A DNA stretch of 32,000 nucleotides from positions 420,001-452,000 of the forward strand of contig NC_003364.1 of assembly GCF_000007225.1 (NCBI RefSeq), written 5' to 3'. This DNA is from Pyrobaculum aerophilum str. IM2. Lineage in GTDB: Archaea > Thermoproteota > Thermoprotei > Thermoproteales > Thermoproteaceae. A program made the position numbers and the translations under genes. Under the pieces are notes generated by a model that was given only the letters and a program-made list of their open reading frames with translations, searched no databases and was not told the DNA's origin. Positions 1 to 7,933 of this stretch are shown here, in pieces. Position 1 is the first letter of the stretch. Each line of letters begins with the position of its first letter.

Positions 1-687
1 CCAGAGGACTTCCTTTTATGGGAGCCCCTTGAATTCAGTAGAAGAAGACATGTAATAGCCGGCTTACTAGGTGCGAAAAACTTGGAAGAAATTGGCGAGA
101 GACTTCGACAGATGAGACACCCTGCCTATAAGGCTTTTGACATGGCCTTTAAATATGGTGAGGATAAATTGAGTATATTTCTTGATAGACAATGGGTAGA
201 GGACTTTTCCACATCGCCTCTGGCAGAAAAGGATAAAACATTGCGAATGTTCACGGCAGATATAAAAGAGTATTTTAATACTCTCATAGCGCTGAGGGCT
301 AGAATTTGGGGATTAACTGAAGAACTTGGCGAATTAATAATCGGCAAGCCAACGCCCATTGTCCAGTCAGCAGTGAGAGATCCCCCTACGCGATTTTTAG
401 AAAATGCAGAAGCCGCCCCGTGGGGCAAGATTCTATTAGACATGGTGGCTGAGGCTCCTTCACTTGAAAACATAGCGGTCGCAATGGATAATATATATCC
501 CGCATATATCAAGCGCCTATCTGATATATACACGGCCAGGTTTTCTGAATTCTCCCTAGGCGCCTTGGCCGCACATCTTGAATACATGAGGGCAGAGGTA
601 TTAACACTAATTAGAGCTGCCTCTCTCTTAGCAGAGGGAGTGCCCGCCGAAAAAAGGCGAAAAATTTTTGAGCCGCTGACCAGATAA
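1..687 (+). CDS. 3' part of a gene running in from the window edge; possible A/V-type ATPase subunit C (AC39/d family)
   Basis: Frame 1 is open from nt 1 (PEDFLLWEPLEFSRRRHVIAGLLGAKN...), so the TTG at 82 in the ORF track is not the true start. The protein is all-helical. Its C-terminus (LGALAAHLEYMRAEVLTLIRAASLLAEGVPAEKRRKIFEPL) resembles the conserved C-terminal helices of AC39-family subunits. It lies next to atpK/atpD. The family call is from memory of the motif only. Confidence 0.4.
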   Translation, partial: PEDFLLWEPLEFSRRRHVIAGLLGAKNLEEIGERLRQMRHPAYKAFDMAFKYGEDKLSIFLDRQWVEDFSTSPLAEKDKTLRMFTADIKEYFNTLIALRARIWGLTEELGELIIGKPTPIVQSAVRDPPTRFLENAEAAPWGKILLDMVAEAPSLENIAVAMDNIYPAYIKRLSDIYTARFSEFSLGALAAHLEYMRAEVLTLIRAASLLAEGVPAEKRRKIFEPLTR

Positions 688-688
688 C

Positions 689-952
689 CTATATTAACAG
701 TATACTGACTAGTAGCCCGTATATAGCTATTGCCTCTGCAAGCGCCAGGAAGATCAAGTACCACACTCTTTCTTGCGGCTTCTCCACTAGTGCTGACATA
801 GCTGCGGCGCCTGCTATACCCACGCCTATACCGGCGCCGAGACCCGCGAGGCCAACTGCTAGGCCAGCGCCAATGTACCTTTGCCCATCTGTTGTCTGTG
901 CAAATGCAATTGTAGCGGCAAGCACAATTGCAAGCAGCGCTTTGGATTTCAT
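689..952 (-). CDS. atpK: A-type ATP synthase proteolipid subunit K (c-ring subunit)
   Basis: 87 aa with two Gly/Ala-rich TM helices (GAGLAVGLAGLGAGIGVGIAGAAA). The conserved carboxylate sits in helix 2 (LALAEAIAIYGLLVSILL). A TATA-like element AATATTTAAAAAC lies about 25-30 nt upstream on the minus strand. Confidence 0.85.
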   Translation of the reverse strand: MKSKALLAIVLAATIAFAQTTDGQRYIGAGLAVGLAGLGAGIGVGIAGAAAMSALVEKPQERVWYLIFLALAEAIAIYGLLVSILLI

Positions 953-966
953 AAGCGCCTAATTTT

Positions 967-1116
967 TTAGGTTTTTAAATATTGACGCAACTCCTCTATT
1001 TTTCTATCAATAACAGATATTATCTCCCTCACTTCTCCCTTTACACTGTCCATGACCTTTTCTATTTCTTTATCTATAAGTTCTTTAATAAATACGTTGA
1101 GATCTTTTGCAGACAT
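967..1116 (-). CDS. Small 49-aa coiled-coil protein between atpD and atpK (absent from the ORF track because it is under 60 aa)
   Basis: Hand translation gives MSAKDLNVFIKELIDKEIEKVMDSVKGEVREIISVIDRKIEELRQYLKT*. The minus-strand TATA-like AATACTTAAAAAC (1136-1148) is centred about 25 nt upstream of the ATG at 1116. The stop lies 15 nt before the atpK start. Function is unknown; a peripheral-stalk-like helix is speculation. Confidence 0.35.
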   Translation of the reverse strand: MSAKDLNVFIKELIDKEIEKVMDSVKGEVREIISVIDRKIEELRQYLKT

Positions 1117-1334
1117 AGAATCATCGTAGGGGAGTGTTTTTAAGTATTAGTTATGTCTCTCTTCCGCGCTTCACCTTAACTGTCATCGCCCCACTTTTAT
1201 CCATGGGCGGCCGGAAGCGCGCCGCTTAGAGAGGCAGGCGCAGAGGAGTGGAGGACTCTAGGTAACGAAACTACATCGCAACAATCCCTCAACCACGCGT
1301 GGACAACAGCAAGATCATTCAGTTATTTTACTCG

Positions 1335-1934
1335 CTATTGATGCGCCACTATTATTTTCCTCCTTATGAACTCCTCTCTCTCCGCCTCTTCTAACGCCAA
1401 GCGGATGTATTGTATGTTATCTTTAATGCGTGGAATTACGACGTAATCTATAGCGTTAATCATCCTCTGATACTCCCTCACTCTGTTTAGCAATGTGTAA
1501 AAGAGAGTTTCTTTTTCTGCGAATTCTATTAGCTTCTCTAGGAGGGAGCGCATTTTTGCCAACGCTATATCTAACTCCGCGGCCTCTGAGGCAATGCTGT
1601 ATGTTGGGTACGTCACGTAATTACTCACCTCCAGCCCAACGTGAGTCCCCCTGTTTATCAGTTCAACTCTAACCGTCTTGGGAGTCAGCTCTGCTATACT
1701 TTCTATTTTGTCAATGCCGGACTTCGCAACTGCGATCTTAAAGTTCTCAGCAACTTCCACAAAGCCATCCGCTATTTCACGCCGAAGTTTCTCCAGATCT
1801 AACACCAGTGCCCTTATCCTCTGGACTGTGGAGTTCCTCGCATCTTCCAGCGTCTTTTTCATGCGCTGGAATAACGCCAACTGTCTCCTCAACCTAATTA
1901 ACTCAAGCCTTGACGGCGGGGGTCTGAACGACAC
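1335..1934 (-). CDS. atpD: A-type ATP synthase subunit D (central stalk)
   Basis: The N-terminus is PSRLELIRLRRQLALFQRMKKTLED. The C-terminus is REYQRMINAIDYVVIPRIKDNIQYIRLALEEAEREEFIRRKI, matching the RR.NALE..viP....i.yI...LeE.ERE signature. GTG start with TTTAAAAAAAG about 20-26 nt upstream. Confidence 0.85.
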   Translation of the reverse strand: MSFRPPPSRLELIRLRRQLALFQRMKKTLEDARNSTVQRIRALVLDLEKLRREIADGFVEVAENFKIAVAKSGIDKIESIAELTPKTVRVELINRGTHVGLEVSNYVTYPTYSIASEAAELDIALAKMRSLLEKLIEFAEKETLFYTLLNRVREYQRMINAIDYVVIPRIKDNIQYIRLALEEAEREEFIRRKIIVAHQ

Positions 1935-1960
1935 GCCCCACCCGCCACTACTTTTTTTAA

Positions 1961-2758
1961 ATGTTCACTGCCTATATAGACGTGAAGGAGACGTGGCGGC
2001 TAGTTAGGAGAGTGGTAGAGGACGGAGACATAGTGCTAGAGGTGCTTGACGCCAGAGACCCCGAGGCGACTAGGAGCGTAGAGGTTGAAAAAATAGCTGA
2101 GGAACTCGGCAAGAGGCTCTTAGTGGTGTTGAATAAGGCGGATTTAGTGGAGAGGGAAATCGCGGAGCAGTGGAAGAGCTATCTAGAAAGCCGCGGCATG
2201 AACGTAGTATACATCAGCGCGAAGTATAGACTTGGCACCCGTAAGTTAATTACCCATATAAGGGCCCTGGCTCCGAGGATACCAGCTACTGTAGTAGTAG
2301 TAGGCTATCCTAACGTAGGGAAGTCTACTATCATTAACTATTTGAAGGGGAGACACGTGGCGCCCACTAGCCCCAAGCCGGGCTGGACAAGGGGAGAGCA
2401 ACTAGTTAAGGCAAAGAGCTGGCTCACTGTGCTGGATACGCCTGGTATTGTGAGAACTAAGTCTACTGGAGATTTGGCTCTCGACGTAATTCGCGGACTC
2501 GTCGATCCCGGCACTGTTGATGACCCCGTGCCCTATGCATACGCCTTGCTTAAACGGGTAGTTAAGCACAATCCTGACGCGTTGAAAGAGGCTTACGGCA
2601 TTGAAAGCGATATTGACAACGCTCTAGTAGAAATTGGGAAGGTAAAACGCAGACTGCTCAAGGGGGGAAGGATAAATATTGAAGAAGCCGCCCGCATAGT
2701 GTTAAAAGACTGGATCGTTGGCAAACTCAGATACGCCCTCCCGCCGCCAAACGTATAA
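1961..2758 (+). CDS. Circularly permuted GTPase of the YlqF/RbgA/YawG family (ribosome biogenesis type)
   Basis: The G motifs occur in permuted order: G4 NKADL, then G1 GYPNVGKST, then G3 DTPG. Confidence 0.8.
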   Translation: MFTAYIDVKETWRLVRRVVEDGDIVLEVLDARDPEATRSVEVEKIAEELGKRLLVVLNKADLVEREIAEQWKSYLESRGMNVVYISAKYRLGTRKLITHIRALAPRIPATVVVVGYPNVGKSTIINYLKGRHVAPTSPKPGWTRGEQLVKAKSWLTVLDTPGIVRTKSTGDLALDVIRGLVDPGTVDDPVPYAYALLKRVVKHNPDALKEAYGIESDIDNALVEIGKVKRRLLKGGRINIEEAARIVLKDWIVGKLRYALPPPNV

Positions 2759-2780
2759 AAACTAGGATAAAAAGAGCCCC

Positions 2781-3251
2781 GTGATATTGTCCCTTGTGGC
2801 GGCTCTCCTCGCATTTCTCATCGCTTTTGTGGAGCCCATTGCCGTGCCCATTTACGCCACTACTCCAGTTGATGTCAAAAACGCGGCGATTACAATAGGC
2901 GGATTTTCAGATCAATTTATACAATTACCTATAATCGGTGAAATTATATCAGTGATTCTATTAATATTAACTATATATTTAGAGGTTTTTTTAAAAATAA
3001 AAATAGGGAGGCTTCCCAAGGCTATTGCTTCACTCTCAGTTCTATACGCAACGCCTCTACCCTATATATACATTGTTAATTTAAAAAATATTGCAGTAGT
3101 GATGAGTAACTTTGCAAAATACACTTCGCTCTCGATTTATGCACTGGCCTTGTTAATCGCCGCCTCTGAGGGGTTGTTAAGCACGTCGAGAAGGGCCAGG
3201 GTAATTGCGGATATTTCGACCACTGAAGAAAAGACTGAACGGGGGGCGTGA
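2781..3251 (+). CDS. Hypothetical membrane protein (about 4 TM segments)
   Basis: Hydrophobic segments run throughout, and no competing ORF is present. The central part is unusually AT-rich (about 2930-3110). GTG start. Confidence 0.45.
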   Translation: MILSLVAALLAFLIAFVEPIAVPIYATTPVDVKNAAITIGGFSDQFIQLPIIGEIISVILLILTIYLEVFLKIKIGRLPKAIASLSVLYATPLPYIYIVNLKNIAVVMSNFAKYTSLSIYALALLIAASEGLLSTSRRARVIADISTTEEKTERGA

Positions 3252-3508
3252 TCTACTGTTTCTTTTGCACAAAGCCCCTTGAAGTTTACAACATAGCCAA
3301 AATTAAGAGCGAGCTGTCACTTGACCTTTATGTTTATGTATGCGACGAGTGCCTACTTAAGTATAGTAATGTGATCCTTGAGATCGTGAAAAGAGGAGAG
3401 AAAGTTCCCTATTTTCCAGACAGGCACCAGAGGCACTCCGCCGGAAATAAAACTAGTCTCCGTAGAGGAAATTACTACGGGCACCACAGAGGGAGAAAAG
3501 GCCAGTAG
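3248..3508 (+). CDS. Possible small zinc-ribbon protein (doubtful)
   Basis: A GTGA start/stop overlap links it to the upstream ORF. Two CxxC pairs are present (CFFC ... 27 aa ... CDEC). Its last 156 nt are antisense to the well-supported C-terminus of the Mrr-like gene, and the tail is low-complexity basic. Confidence 0.25.
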   Translation: MIYCFFCTKPLEVYNIAKIKSELSLDLYVYVCDECLLKYSNVILEIVKRGEKVPYFPDRHQRHSAGNKTSLRRGNYYGHHRGRKGQ

Positions 3509-3907
3509 CTTATCTAAACATTTCGCGGTCTTTTCCAAGTGCTTCCGCGCCACCTCTGCCCACTTCCCGCCGCCGCCTTTCCACTTCTTGGCCTCGATTA
3601 CAAAGGCGACTTCTTTATTCCACGCAATTATGTCAAACTCGGCGCCGCCGTTGCATTTAAGTCTTACATTCGCCGCCACGTTAAAACCGAATTCGGAAAA
3701 GACGTATCGTATGAACTCCTCGAATTCATCCCAGTTGAGATTTCTAATAAAACTATAGACGTGAAGGCCGTATTTCAACGCCTTGTATAAGACGTATCCC
3801 TTAGTAAGCGGCTCACCCCTATTTAAAAACCCCGCGTCAATTAAAAGCGTGGCGGCTGATTTATCTCCGGACAAAAACCTCTTCACTGCGTCATATATGT
3901 CCTGCAT
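3353..3907 (-). CDS. Mrr-cat / PD-(D/E)xK restriction-endonuclease-fold protein
   Basis: The core is WDEFEEFIRYVFSEFGFNV ... GAEFDIIAW ... AFVIEAKKW, giving the D ... E-x-K nuclease motif. An N-terminal helical domain of about 55 aa precedes it. TATTTAAC lies about 26 nt upstream of the ATG. Confidence 0.65.
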   Translation of the reverse strand: MQDIYDAVKRFLSGDKSAATLLIDAGFLNRGEPLTKGYVLYKALKYGLHVYSFIRNLNWDEFEEFIRYVFSEFGFNVAANVRLKCNGGAEFDIIAWNKEVAFVIEAKKWKGGGGKWAEVARKHLEKTAKCLDKLLAFSPSVVPVVISSTETSFISGGVPLVPVWKIGNFLSSFHDLKDHITILK

Positions 3908-3933
3908 ATTTAAAAGCCACGTTACGTGTTAAA

Positions 3934-3988
3934 TACGTGATGATGTCAAGAGACTGAAGAGGTGCTGAAGGTCCAAAGCGCTGAATAC
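3934..3988 (+). ncRNA. C/D box sRNA (2'-O-methylation guide)
   Basis: Elements in order: C box GTGATGA (3937-3943), a 10-nt spacer, D' CTGA (3954-3957), 5 nt, C' TGCTGA (3963-3968), a 12-nt spacer, then D CTGA (3981-3984). Total length is about 50-55 nt. TATA ATATTTAAAAG (3906-3916) is centred about 25 nt upstream of the C box. The element lies in a 118-nt intergenic gap. Confidence 0.65.
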
Positions 3989-4025
3989 GGCGTCACAATT
4001 TATAAAGGGTTTTCGTGGCAAGGCC

Positions 4026-5432
4026 GTGAGCTGTTTATCGCCTATTAAGTGCAAGCTCGAGGCTAGTAGAGAGGACGAGCTAAATACTGACGTTCTGGTG
4101 GTCGGCTCCGGCTTGGGCGGCATTGTCGCCGCACTTGAGCTAAAGAAATACGGCTACAACTCCAAGATTGTATATGTGGGCGCTCTGGGAGGACATCACG
4201 TGTTGGGAGAAGCCCCAAGATATTCTAATGTAGATATTGAATCAATTATAAATAAAGCAAAAGATCTTGATATTTCCAAGGGTTTTTTCGATGGAATGTA
4301 TATATACCAAAATAGAGTTAGATATAGAGTCCGTTATAAACATATAATACTAGCCACCGGAGGCGTTGATGTGCCTATTACTTTTCCCGGAAGTTACAGC
4401 GCACCTCAGAAGACGGCGGAGGAGATCCTCCTCCAGCCCCCCTCTGGCCTCAATGTAGTTGTCTGGGGCACAACGGAGTGGGGACTGCGCACTGCTTTAA
4501 CTCTGCGCAACCACGGCAACGATGTGGTTGTAATGGACAACTCTGCCTATTTTAGGGATAGTAAATACTACGAGCTGATTAAGACTAGGGTAGATTTCCC
4601 AGTTATTACAGCAGTGAGAATAAGGGAGTTTAAAAAAGGCGAACTCGTCTTTGAGGTAGTTACTGGGAAGAAGGAAAACGAAGTCAAAAAAGTTAAGGCC
4701 GATTTAATAGTATCAGCGGTGAGAATTGTAAATCCCTACATACCCATGAAGCTAGGCTTTAAAGTTTACTACAGCTTTGAGTTAAACTCGCTTGTTCCCA
4801 GGCGTAGTAACTACGGCGAGTTGTTAATAGTAGATGAAAGGGGCAAGGCCGTGGGCGGCAGTAATGTATACGCCACTGGGCATCTCTACGGCGCTGTTAG
4901 GGAGGGCCATATTATAGAACAGGGTAAATTGCTGGCAAAATACATCGCCGCGAAAGACGGCGTGGAGGCCTCAGAGAATGTAAAGGATGCGCTCGATAAA
5001 TTCCTAGTCATGCTTACAATTGAAGCGAATTGGCTATACAATCTGGGTAATAGGCTTGAGAGGGGAACTGACGGGACGGGGCGCTACGTAGAGCCCAATG
5101 TAATAGACGTGCCGCACTGGGCGTCTTTTTGGCCACAGATAGAAGAGGCAGAGGATATAGTCATATGCCCGTGTAATAACGCCCGTATAAATGACGTGTT
5201 GAAAGAGATCAAGCAACTCAACAGGATGAAAGAGTTGAAAGTAAAGATAACACACGAAGAGACTGAGTTGCTAAGACAGTTGAAACTGCCCAAGTTGTCT
5301 TTTGGGGATGACGTCTGTGCGGAAAGCGTGTGTTTAACCTACGCCTCAATTATACTGGGCGGGTTCTTAGCACAGAGACCCGGCTATTTCATCTATGGGA
5401 AGCCGCAGATGCTTTACAGCGACACTAGTTGA
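4026..5432 (+). CDS. FAD/NAD(P)-dependent pyridine-nucleotide-disulfide-type oxidoreductase with a C-terminal Cys cluster (BFD-like 2Fe-2S domain likely)
   Basis: An N-terminal dinucleotide fold is present (DVLVVGSGLGGIVAA), followed by a second Rossmann-like stretch (VVVWGTTEWGLRTA). The C-terminus carries CPC ... 47 aa ... CAESVC. GTG start with TTTATAAAG about 22-27 nt upstream. Confidence 0.6.
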   Translation: MSCLSPIKCKLEASREDELNTDVLVVGSGLGGIVAALELKKYGYNSKIVYVGALGGHHVLGEAPRYSNVDIESIINKAKDLDISKGFFDGMYIYQNRVRYRVRYKHIILATGGVDVPITFPGSYSAPQKTAEEILLQPPSGLNVVVWGTTEWGLRTALTLRNHGNDVVVMDNSAYFRDSKYYELIKTRVDFPVITAVRIREFKKGELVFEVVTGKKENEVKKVKADLIVSAVRIVNPYIPMKLGFKVYYSFELNSLVPRRSNYGELLIVDERGKAVGGSNVYATGHLYGAVREGHIIEQGKLLAKYIAAKDGVEASENVKDALDKFLVMLTIEANWLYNLGNRLERGTDGTGRYVEPNVIDVPHWASFWPQIEEAEDIVICPCNNARINDVLKEIKQLNRMKELKVKITHEETELLRQLKLPKLSFGDDVCAESVCLTYASIILGGFLAQRPGYFIYGKPQMLYSDTS

Positions 5433-6703
5433 GAAAGCAACGCCTTTAGTTTCTCAAAACCCTCTTTTGTCTCTGACTCTATCTTAACTCTAATCAACGG
5501 CTCTGTGTTGCTAGGCCGTATGAGTATTCTACCCTCTTTTGTCCTTATGTCAACTCCATCTATCTCATAAAACTCCATTCCTGAGATCTTACGCTTTATG
5601 TCTCCCATGGCTTTTTTCGGATCTGGAAACCTTATGTCAATACGTTCTTCGTATACTTTAGGAGCGTTTTTTAATACCTCGTCTAGAGTAATTCCGACCT
5701 CGCTGAGTATTGACAAGAGTTTTAAAGCGGCGTAAATACCGTCGTCAAAATAGTTATGTTCTCTAAAGCCTATGTGGCCGCTGTACTCCGCCCAGAAGAG
5801 GGCGTTGTGTTTAACAGCTGTAGGTTTTTGAAAACTGTGGCCTACTCTCTGCCGGATTATCTTCACGCCTCTTTCCTCTGCAATTTTTTCGAGATAGAGG
5901 GGCATTGTGACGTCCAGCACCACTACGTCGCCCGGCCTTGCGTAGTAATTCAAAAGTGCGTATACAACTTTCTCCGGTCTAAAAATCTCGCCGCTACTTG
6001 TGACGATGCCAACTCTGTCGCAATCTCCGTCTAGTGCAATACCTACATCTAGCTTGTTTTCAACAACTAAACTACGTAATTGTCGCAAATTCTCCGCCTT
6101 CTCCGGGTCGGGAAGGTGCGCAGGGAAGCGGCCGTCAGGGTAGTCGTTTATGGCCACTACTTTCTTAAAAACTCTGTCAAGAAGAGGTTTCAATACCACC
6201 CCCGCGGCGTTTGCCGGATCAAAGCCTATGGAGAAATCGAGCTTGCCGAATCTGTTGAACATGTAGTCAAAATATTTAGACAGTACGTCGTTTACATAAA
6301 CAACGCCTCGTTTAGTGATCGGCGGCGTCTCTAACATCGACGCGAGCTGTTGAATCTCATGGCTTTCTAAATCAAGTCCTCCGCTTTTCATTATCTTCAT
6401 CCCGTTGTACTCCGGCGGGTTGTGAGACGCCGTTATCATAACTGCTGGCTTTTGTAGCGTTTGAGAGGCGAAGTGAGCTATTGGCGTTGTCGAAGTGCCT
6501 ATGAATATTACGTGGCCGCCGGCCAAAAGGCCTCTTGACAAGGCCTCTGCGATTTTGAAAGAGTGAGTGCGCACATCCATGCCTACTATTACGTCGCTCC
6601 CGTTGAAAAACTTCGAAATGGCGTAGCCTATTTTCTCCACAAGCTCGTCAGTTAATTCGCTTCCGACAACTCCCCTTATGTCATAGGCTTTGAAAACCGA
6701 CAT
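5414..6703 (-). CDS. Phosphoglucomutase/phosphomannomutase-family phosphohexomutase
   Basis: The active-site loop is TASHNPPEYNGMK, the metal loop is DGDCDR, and the N-terminus is FKAYDIRG. Confidence 0.85.
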   Translation of the reverse strand: MSVFKAYDIRGVVGSELTDELVEKIGYAISKFFNGSDVIVGMDVRTHSFKIAEALSRGLLAGGHVIFIGTSTTPIAHFASQTLQKPAVMITASHNPPEYNGMKIMKSGGLDLESHEIQQLASMLETPPITKRGVVYVNDVLSKYFDYMFNRFGKLDFSIGFDPANAAGVVLKPLLDRVFKKVVAINDYPDGRFPAHLPDPEKAENLRQLRSLVVENKLDVGIALDGDCDRVGIVTSSGEIFRPEKVVYALLNYYARPGDVVVLDVTMPLYLEKIAEERGVKIIRQRVGHSFQKPTAVKHNALFWAEYSGHIGFREHNYFDDGIYAALKLLSILSEVGITLDEVLKNAPKVYEERIDIRFPDPKKAMGDIKRKISGMEFYEIDGVDIRTKEGRILIRPSNTEPLIRVKIESETKEGFEKLKALLSQLVSL

Positions 6704-6744
6704 GACTTCTTTAATACCACAGAGATATATAATTTGTAAGGCCG

Positions 6745-7932
6745 TTGAGCTGGGCGTTTACGCCGCCTGCCCTTGGAGGCGACAATAGGTATTTATCTCA
6801 GAGCTCTATATTTCATGTGAAGCTTTCAGGCATAGCCGACCTTCCCCTTCACGACGGCCACGTACCGTATTGGCTACTCGCCCGCATGAAAAAACTATCA
6901 TCTCTAATTCTGCGCATAATGTATGAATTATACGGGCCAGACGGCATAGTGGATAGATTTGCCCACCCGGTCTTTTTCCAAGCTTTTAACAACGTCATTG
7001 GAATGGATTGGGATAGTTCGGGCAGCACTACAGTCACAACAGCTGTTGTCAAAGAGGCGTTGTGGAAATCTGATATCCCCGTTAAAGTGGCCGGCGGCAA
7101 GGGGAGACACGCCTTAAACACGCCGAAGGAGCTCATGGAAATAGCGCGTCTTTTTGACCTCGACGCAAACGAGCTAGTAGTTAAGTCGCGGCTAGCGGCC
7201 AAGGTAGACGGCGCGTTGTTACAAGACGGATACGAGCTGTACCACCACGCCTTTATTGTATCCGAGACGGGAAAGTGGGGGGTCATACAACAGGGTCTTA
7301 ATCCCGATTTAAAAATGGCCCGCCGCTATCACTGGCTCTCTACAGAGGATTTTTTCAACAGCCCCCACGCAGGAGTTGTGGGGATTCGACACGAAAAAGT
7401 GCTAAACTTGGCGTCTAAAAACAGTAAAGACAACAGGGCTGTTATTTTAGAGCTTATAAACGAGGGAGCGTCCAAAGTGGCAAGATATCTATACCTCCTG
7501 CGGGGACAAGCCACACTATTTGAAACACCCTATTACCACCCGTATATAAAACTCGATATAGATATCAAGGCCGTTGTTAAAAACCTTCCCCCTCCTAAAT
7601 CCGTCGCAGACTTTAAAGAGCTTTTATTACAATACCGCATAGGCCCCAAGACTCTCCGGGCCCTGTCGCTTGTGGCAGAGCTTATATTTAAAACCCCTGC
7701 CGATTGGAACGACCCTGCCGTAGACCCGTTTAAATTCGCCTTTGCAGTAGGTGGTAAAGACGGCGTGCCTTCGCCAATTGATAAAAGAGTATACGATGAG
7801 CTCATAACATTGTTAGACGCCGTAGTGGAAAAGGCGAGGGGCGACCCAGGGCTTTACCGCTATTTATCCCACTTGGCAAAAAAGGCTGAGAGTTGGAAGT
7901 ACCCAAGTGATAAGAAGAGGCCTACGTTGTGA
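6745..7932 (+). CDS. DUF763-family protein
   Basis: ADLPLHDGHVPYWLLARM and GMDWDSSGSTTVTTAV match the remembered DUF763 N-terminal signature. The true start may be the GTG at 6817 (MKLSGIADLPLH), which has TATTTAT about 25 nt upstream. Confidence 0.55.
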   Translation: MSWAFTPPALGGDNRYLSQSSIFHVKLSGIADLPLHDGHVPYWLLARMKKLSSLILRIMYELYGPDGIVDRFAHPVFFQAFNNVIGMDWDSSGSTTVTTAVVKEALWKSDIPVKVAGGKGRHALNTPKELMEIARLFDLDANELVVKSRLAAKVDGALLQDGYELYHHAFIVSETGKWGVIQQGLNPDLKMARRYHWLSTEDFFNSPHAGVVGIRHEKVLNLASKNSKDNRAVILELINEGASKVARYLYLLRGQATLFETPYYHPYIKLDIDIKAVVKNLPPPKSVADFKELLLQYRIGPKTLRALSLVAELIFKTPADWNDPAVDPFKFAFAVGGKDGVPSPIDKRVYDELITLLDAVVEKARGDPGLYRYLSHLAKKAESWKYPSDKKRPTL

Positions 7933-7933
7933 C

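Noticed and set aside
126-764. 212-aa minus-strand ORF
   Set aside because: It is antisense to the better-supported plus-strand gene and runs into atpK. Its S/A/R-rich composition is typical of antisense frames in roughly 50% GC DNA, and no motif was recognised.
1150-1334. The idea that the GC-rich spacer is the minimal Pyrobaculum-type RNase P RNA, a tRNA or an H/ACA guide
   Set aside because: I could not find P4/CR-I-like or CR-V-like strings, a T-loop (GGTTCRAATCC) or an anticodon arm. There is also no ACA at the right distance from the hairpin. It is kept only as an unclassified structured candidate.
1678-2007. 109-aa plus-strand ORF
   Set aside because: It is antisense to atpD, whose signature motifs are clear. 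It is Ser-rich and low in complexity.
3539-3790. 83-aa plus-strand ORF
   Set aside because: It lies entirely antisense within the Mrr-like nuclease gene.
3929-4123. 64-aa minus-strand ORF across the intergenic gap
   Set aside because: It covers the C/D box sRNA and the oxidoreductase promoter and start. It is S/L-rich and has no upstream TATA.
6849-7805. Several minus-strand ORFs (6849..7286, 6928..7110, 7329..7514, 7533..7805)
   Set aside because: All are antisense to the DUF763 gene. They are S/T/A-rich and overlap one another.
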